Source of the DNA: Octopus bimaculoides
Taxonomy: Eukaryota
DNA: 64,000 nt
Reading direction: 5' to 3'
Assembly: GCF_001194135.2 (NCBI RefSeq)
Contig: NC_069003.1
Coordinates: forward strand, 7,399,349 to 7,463,348
Shown here: positions 61,540 to 64,000 of the stretch, piece by piece
How the letters are laid out: each line of letters begins with the position of its first letter
How positions within the stretch are numbered: the stretch's first letter is position 1
The notes under the pieces: model-generated
Database searches by the model: none
What the model was told of the DNA's origin: nothing
What the model saw: the letters and a program-made list of their open reading frames with translations, nothing else
Position numbers and translations under genes: made by a program

Positions 61540-61829
61540 AAAAGTCATTTCTATTCATTTTTTCTTCAAATATATATACATACATGTGTAAGCAAATATA
61601 CATATCTATATACACGTGTGTATGCAAATATATCCATATATATATTTACATACATGTATATACATATCTATACATATACATATTTAAATACATATATACA
61701 TACACAAATATATTTATATACATATATATGCACACACACAAATAAATATACATATATATATACACACACACATGTATATGTATATACATATTACATATAC
61801 ATACACATACAGGCATACACATCTACATG

Positions 61830-61881
<52 letters not shown>

Positions 61882-61882
61882 T

Positions 61883-61919
<37 letters not shown>

Positions 61920-61925
61920 TGCATA
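61540..61925. repeat. Compound (TA/CA/TACA) microsatellite
   Basis: Read directly from the sequence. Confidence 0.9.
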
Positions 61926-62156
61926 TATACAACACTCCCCCATGAATGGGATGCTTATCCATCACTGGACACCTGACAGTTATAAGTAAATTCCAGCTGT
62001 TACTGGAATTCATTAACAACTGAATGGATTGAAGCAACATGAAATGAAGTATTTCACTGTAGAACACAATACTCAACTCACTCTAGGATTTGAAACCACA
62101 ATCTCGTGATATATTCAAATGTAACACTTTCACCACTAGATCATGTGCCTTCACAG

Positions 62157-62365
62157 GAAAATACAAAATAATGATGGATGGATTGAGAGAAGATAGGCGT
62201 CGTGTTAACATTGCTTTTGTGGGCTGCCTTGAACTAGGCCATGCAGCAGAAAACATTCAAGGAAGGGAACTCTTTTCTAGAGACACCCCAGAGAGAGGAT
62301 TTACTTTGAACAAGAAAGAGCAGCCCAGCCTCTTTGATACAATCTTTAAACAATGTAAATGTGTG
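62157..62365 (+). CDS. Candidate exon, product unknown
   Basis: Acceptor gccttcacag| at the end of an antisense SINE head, open frame GKYKIMMDGLREDRRRVNIAFVGCLELGH...FKQCKCV, and possible donor GTG|gtaact. Confidence 0.2.
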
Positions 62366-63404
62366 GTAACTATGGTTATATAATAACCAAACATTTGCCT
62401 GTAATATGCTTTTAACAGTGTATTTTTCACGTGGATAGACAATGGTGTATTGTGACTTCCAAGGTCATTCATATACAGACATACAATTCATTTCTATTGA
62501 CAAAAAAGATCAGAAACAACATCAGTACCACCACCACCACCACTGGCAGCAGCAATAACTGTTTTATCTAAAAACGTGGAGTTTACTCTTTCTCAATGAG
62601 TAAAATGAACAAACAATATTTGTTTATGGCTAGATAAAATATTAATAAGTTATCTTAAGCATTTCCAACTTTAATAATTCATTCTCATTGTGGAGGTCTA
62701 GCTTTGATTATATAAGTCAATGTATTTGATACCTCAATATTATCTTCGATCAGATTATTAATCGCTGTTTAAGCCTAAGTTTAGTACTGAAAGATCTTTT
62801 AAATTTTAGAATGATTTATTTAATATTTATGGAGAGGAAGAAAAAAAAAAAATGAGAGTGAAAACAAATAGATTGATAAAACATTGATTCTTTATAACAT
62901 CTTTTCATGTTGCAGACTCTTCTGTCAGTTATTATTTTAGATATAACCAAATATTGGTGTCAGGAAGACAAGTTTCAAAATGGTCTTGAGTTCTACTTAA
63001 AAGAAATCAATCATTATATTATGTTATATTAAATATATCATATATTTTTATATATAATTATTATACAATTTTTCTCAATCGACCAATGGTCTGATTGAAT
63101 AAACCTATTAATAACAAACCTGTAATGACTACTGGAAACAGCTGTAAGTCAAATTTACTACAGTAAAGAAATATATAATGGCTACTATTTATGCCTAGTC
63201 TTGTAATATTACTCTGTGTAAAAAGTGGTATAACTGGAACACAACCATGGATTTACAATATAGAATGGTAATGAACTATACCCTCAGACCCTGCCTCCAA
63301 AATACGCAGTGTTCTTTACTAATCTAAATGATATTGTTAGCTTGGTGTACTAACAGAGAGCTTATAAAGTATTTTGCTCAGATTGGTAATCCCTCACTAA
63401 TAAC

Positions 63405-63700
63405 TAATAACATTAGCACGCCGGGTGAAATGCTTAGCGGTATTTCATCTGTCTTTACATTCCGAGTTCAAATTCCGCCGAGGTCGACTTTGCCTTTCAT
63501 CCTTTTGGGGTCGATAAATTAAGTACCAGTTGTGTACTGGGGTCAATCTAATCGACTGCTCCACCTCCCCAAAATTTCGGGCCTTGTGCCTAGAGTAGAA
63601 GAGAATATACAAAGACATGAAGGTGGCGTGCTGGCAGAATCATTAGCACGCTGGGTGAAAAGCTTAGCGGTATTTCGTCTGCCGCTACATTCTGAGTTCA
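63405..63700 (+). mobile_element. Two tandem SINE-B copies (the second is 3' truncated)
   Basis: attagcacgccgggtgaaatgcttagcggtatttc... occurs twice, with a B1 tail gccttgtgcctagagtagaa between them. Confidence 0.85.
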
Positions 63701-64000
63701 ATGATATAATAACACCCGTCCCTCAGAATTGCTAGCCTTGCAATAAAATTTGAAACCATAACTATTATTAGAAGGGTTTGGATTGGAACAATTGTTATAG
63801 CTTTGGACAAAATCCCACACCCAACCACACACATACAAATGACAGGCTTCCATACAGTTTCTACTAATCAATTCCACTCACAGAGCATTAACTCTGAGGC
63901 TATAGTGAAAGTCACTTACCCAAGGTGCTTTGCAGGTGTCTCTACAATAAATCCAAGGCCAGCTAATATATTGTGAGTGAAATTGTTAAACAGAATTTGT

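Overview
This is AT-rich, repeat-saturated eukaryotic DNA from a gapped draft assembly, with 14 N-gaps that mostly abut microsatellites. The repeat repertoire resembles what I recall from octopus (coleoid cephalopod) genomes; this is an inference, not a search result. No intact protein-coding gene is recognisable. Most listed ORFs are microsatellite or N artefacts, or antisense reads of SINEs, so the window is probably a large intron or intergenic DNA with a few weak candidate exons. It contains dozens of copies of at least five SINE-like families (my labels A-E and J), decayed RTE, R4/Dong, Penelope and mariner coding fragments, and several MITEs (hAT-like with 8-bp TSDs, piggyBac-like TTAA, mariner-like, Helentron/HINE-like). 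There are three main observations. (1) Three unrelated inverted-repeat insertions each carry a minimal type I hammerhead ribozyme core. The best is a truncated Penelope element (55309-55878) whose terminal repeat combines a tRNA-like Pol III promoter, a (TAA)n tract and a hammerhead. (2) A tandem repeat (57250-57890) places a near-complete tRNA cloverleaf at the tip of a 27-bp extended stem. (3) SINE-B forms head-to-tail arrays in (ATT)n tracts that also attract R4/Dong and HINE elements.
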